A stretch of 64,000 bases of DNA from Eledone cirrhosa. Taxonomy: Eukaryota. The notes under the pieces are model-generated. The model searched no databases. It was given only the letters and a program-made list of their open reading frames with translations, and was not told the DNA's origin. Position numbers and translations under genes: made by a program. This document shows, piece by piece, positions 61,601-64,000 of the stretch. The stretch covers positions 40,920,001 to 40,984,000 of the forward strand of contig OZ024742.1 in NCBI GenBank assembly GCA_964016885.1, in the 5' to 3' direction. The stretch's first letter is position 1. The number at the start of each line of letters is the position of its first letter.

Positions 61601-64000
61601 CCACCAAAAATACCACCCAACACTACCACCACCACCAATACCACCCAACACTACCACCACCACCAATACCACCCAACACTACCACCACCACCAACAACAC
61701 CAACACTACCACCACCACCAATACCACCCAACACTACCACCACCAACAATACCACCCAACACTACCACCACCAACAATACCACCCAACACTACCACCACC
61801 ACCAATACCACCCAAAGCTACCACCACCACCAATACCACCCAACACTACCACCACCACCAACAACACCAACGCTACCACCACCACCAATACCACCCAACA
61901 CTACCTCCACCACCAATACCACCCAACACTACCTCCACCACCAATACCACCCAACACTACCTCCACCACCAATACCACCCAACACTACCACTACCACCAA
62001 CAACACCAACACTACCAGAACCTCCACCAACAATACCACCCAACACTACCACCACCACCAATACCACCCAACACTACCACCACCACCAATACCACCCAAC
62101 ACTACCTCCACCACCAATACCACCCAACACTACCTCCACCACCAATACCACCCAACACTACCACCACCACCAATACCACCCAACACTACCACCACCACCA
62201 ATACCACCCAACACTACCACCACCACCAATACCACCCAACACTACCACCACCAACAATACCACCCAACACTACCACCACCAACAATACCACCCAGCACTA
62301 CCACCACCACCAATACCACCCAACACTACCACCACCACCAATACCACCCAACACTACCTTCACCACCAATACAACCCAACACTACCACCACCACCAATAC
62401 CACCCAACACTACCTCCACCACCAATACCACCCAACACTACCACCACCAACAATACCACCCAGCACTACCACCACCACCAATACCACCCAACACTACCAC
62501 CACCAACAATACCACCCAGCACTACCACCACCACCAATACCACAAAACACTACCTCCACCACCAAAACCACCCAACACTAACAGCACCACCAATACCACC
62601 CAACACTACCACCACCACCAATACCACCCAGCACTACCACCACCACCAATACCACCCAGCACTACCACCACCAACAATACCACCCAACACTACCAATACC
62701 ACCCAACACTACCACCTCCACCAATACCACCCAACACTACCTCCACCACCAATACCACCCAACACTACCACCACCACCAATACCACCCAACACTACCACC
62801 ACCAATACCTCCAAACACTACCACCACCAACAATACCACCCAACACTACCACCACCAACGATACCACCCAACACTACCTCCACCACCAATAGCACCCAAC
62901 ACTACCACCACCACCAATACCACCCAACACAACCACCACCAATACCTCCAAACACTACCACCACCAACAATACCACCCAACACTACCACCACCAACAATA
63001 CCACCCAACACTACCTCCACCAACAATACCACCCAACACTACCACCACCACCAATACCACCCAACACTACCACCACCAACAATACGACCCAACACAACCA
63101 CCACCACCAATACCACCCAACACTACCACCACCACCAATACCACCCAACACTACCACCACCACCAATACCACCCAACACTAACGCCACCACCAATAGCAT
63201 CCAACACTACCACCACCAATACCACCCAACACTACCACCACCACCAATACCACCCAACACCACCACCACCACAAATACCACCCAACACTACCACTACCAC
63301 CAATACCACCCAACACTACCTCCACCCAACACTACCTCCACCACCAATACCACCCAACACTACCACCACCAACAATACCACCCAACACTACCACCACCAA
63401 CAATACCACCCAACGCTACCACCACCAAAAATACCACCCAACACTACCACCACCAATACCACCCAACACTACCACCACCACCAATACCACCCAACACTAC
63501 CACCACCACCAACAACACCAACACTACCACCACCACCAATACCACCCAACACTACCACCACCAACAATACCACCAACAATACCACCCAACACTACCACCA
63601 CCAACAATACCACCCAACACTACCACCACCACCAATACCACCCAAAGCTACCACCACCACCAATACCACCCAACACTACCACCACCACCAACAACACCAA
63701 CGCTACCACCACCACCAATACCACCCAACACTACCTCCACCACCAATACCACCCAACACTACCTCCACCACCAATACCACCCAACACTACCTCCACCACC
63801 AATACCACCCAACACTACCACTACCACCAACAACACCAACACTACCAGAACCTCCACCAACAATACCACCCAAAACTACCACCACCACCAATACCACCCA
63901 ACACTACCACCACCACCAATACCACCCAACACTACCTCCACCACCAATACCACCCAACACTACCTCCACCACCAATACCACCCAACACTACCACCACCAC
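58630..64000. repeat. 28-bp minisatellite (AATACCACCCAACACTACCACCACCACC), running off the window end
   Basis: Tandem units with variants (CAGC, AAAA, CTCC, ACGA) and an internal duplication of about 1.83 kb. Confidence 0.96.

Overview
Eukaryotic, repeat-saturated DNA with no supportable host gene. The SINEs and microsatellite load look like an octopus/cephalopod genome (inference). The core (25.5-49.8 kb) is a head-to-tail, same-strand array of seven Tx1/L1-group non-LTR retrotransposon copies from at least three subfamilies (A, B, C), each separated by a (TATC)n/(TC)n tract. An eighth, 5'-truncated copy sits in a TATC-containing 64/68-bp minisatellite at 9.3-10.4 kb. Copy C (40.66-46.46 kb) has intact ORF1 and ORF2. 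The most striking observation is that, in all three ORF1-bearing copies, a consensus splice donor sits at the ORF1 stop and the ORF2 stop TAG is a pyrimidine-preceded YAG|G acceptor-like site. Joining the two restores an in-frame ORF1 stop immediately, even though the phase differs between subfamilies. This suggests ORF2 lies entirely inside an intron, giving an ORF1-only spliced mRNA (inference; no transcript data). Other content: conserved 5' and 3' UTR hairpins; a truncated Penelope-like element with an inverted repeat and a degenerate hammerhead; an RTE-like non-autonomous element and an RLE-type LINE fragment sharing a (TACA)n tract; SINEs; and large 9-bp and 28-bp satellites. The giant ORFs in the track are repeat artefacts.
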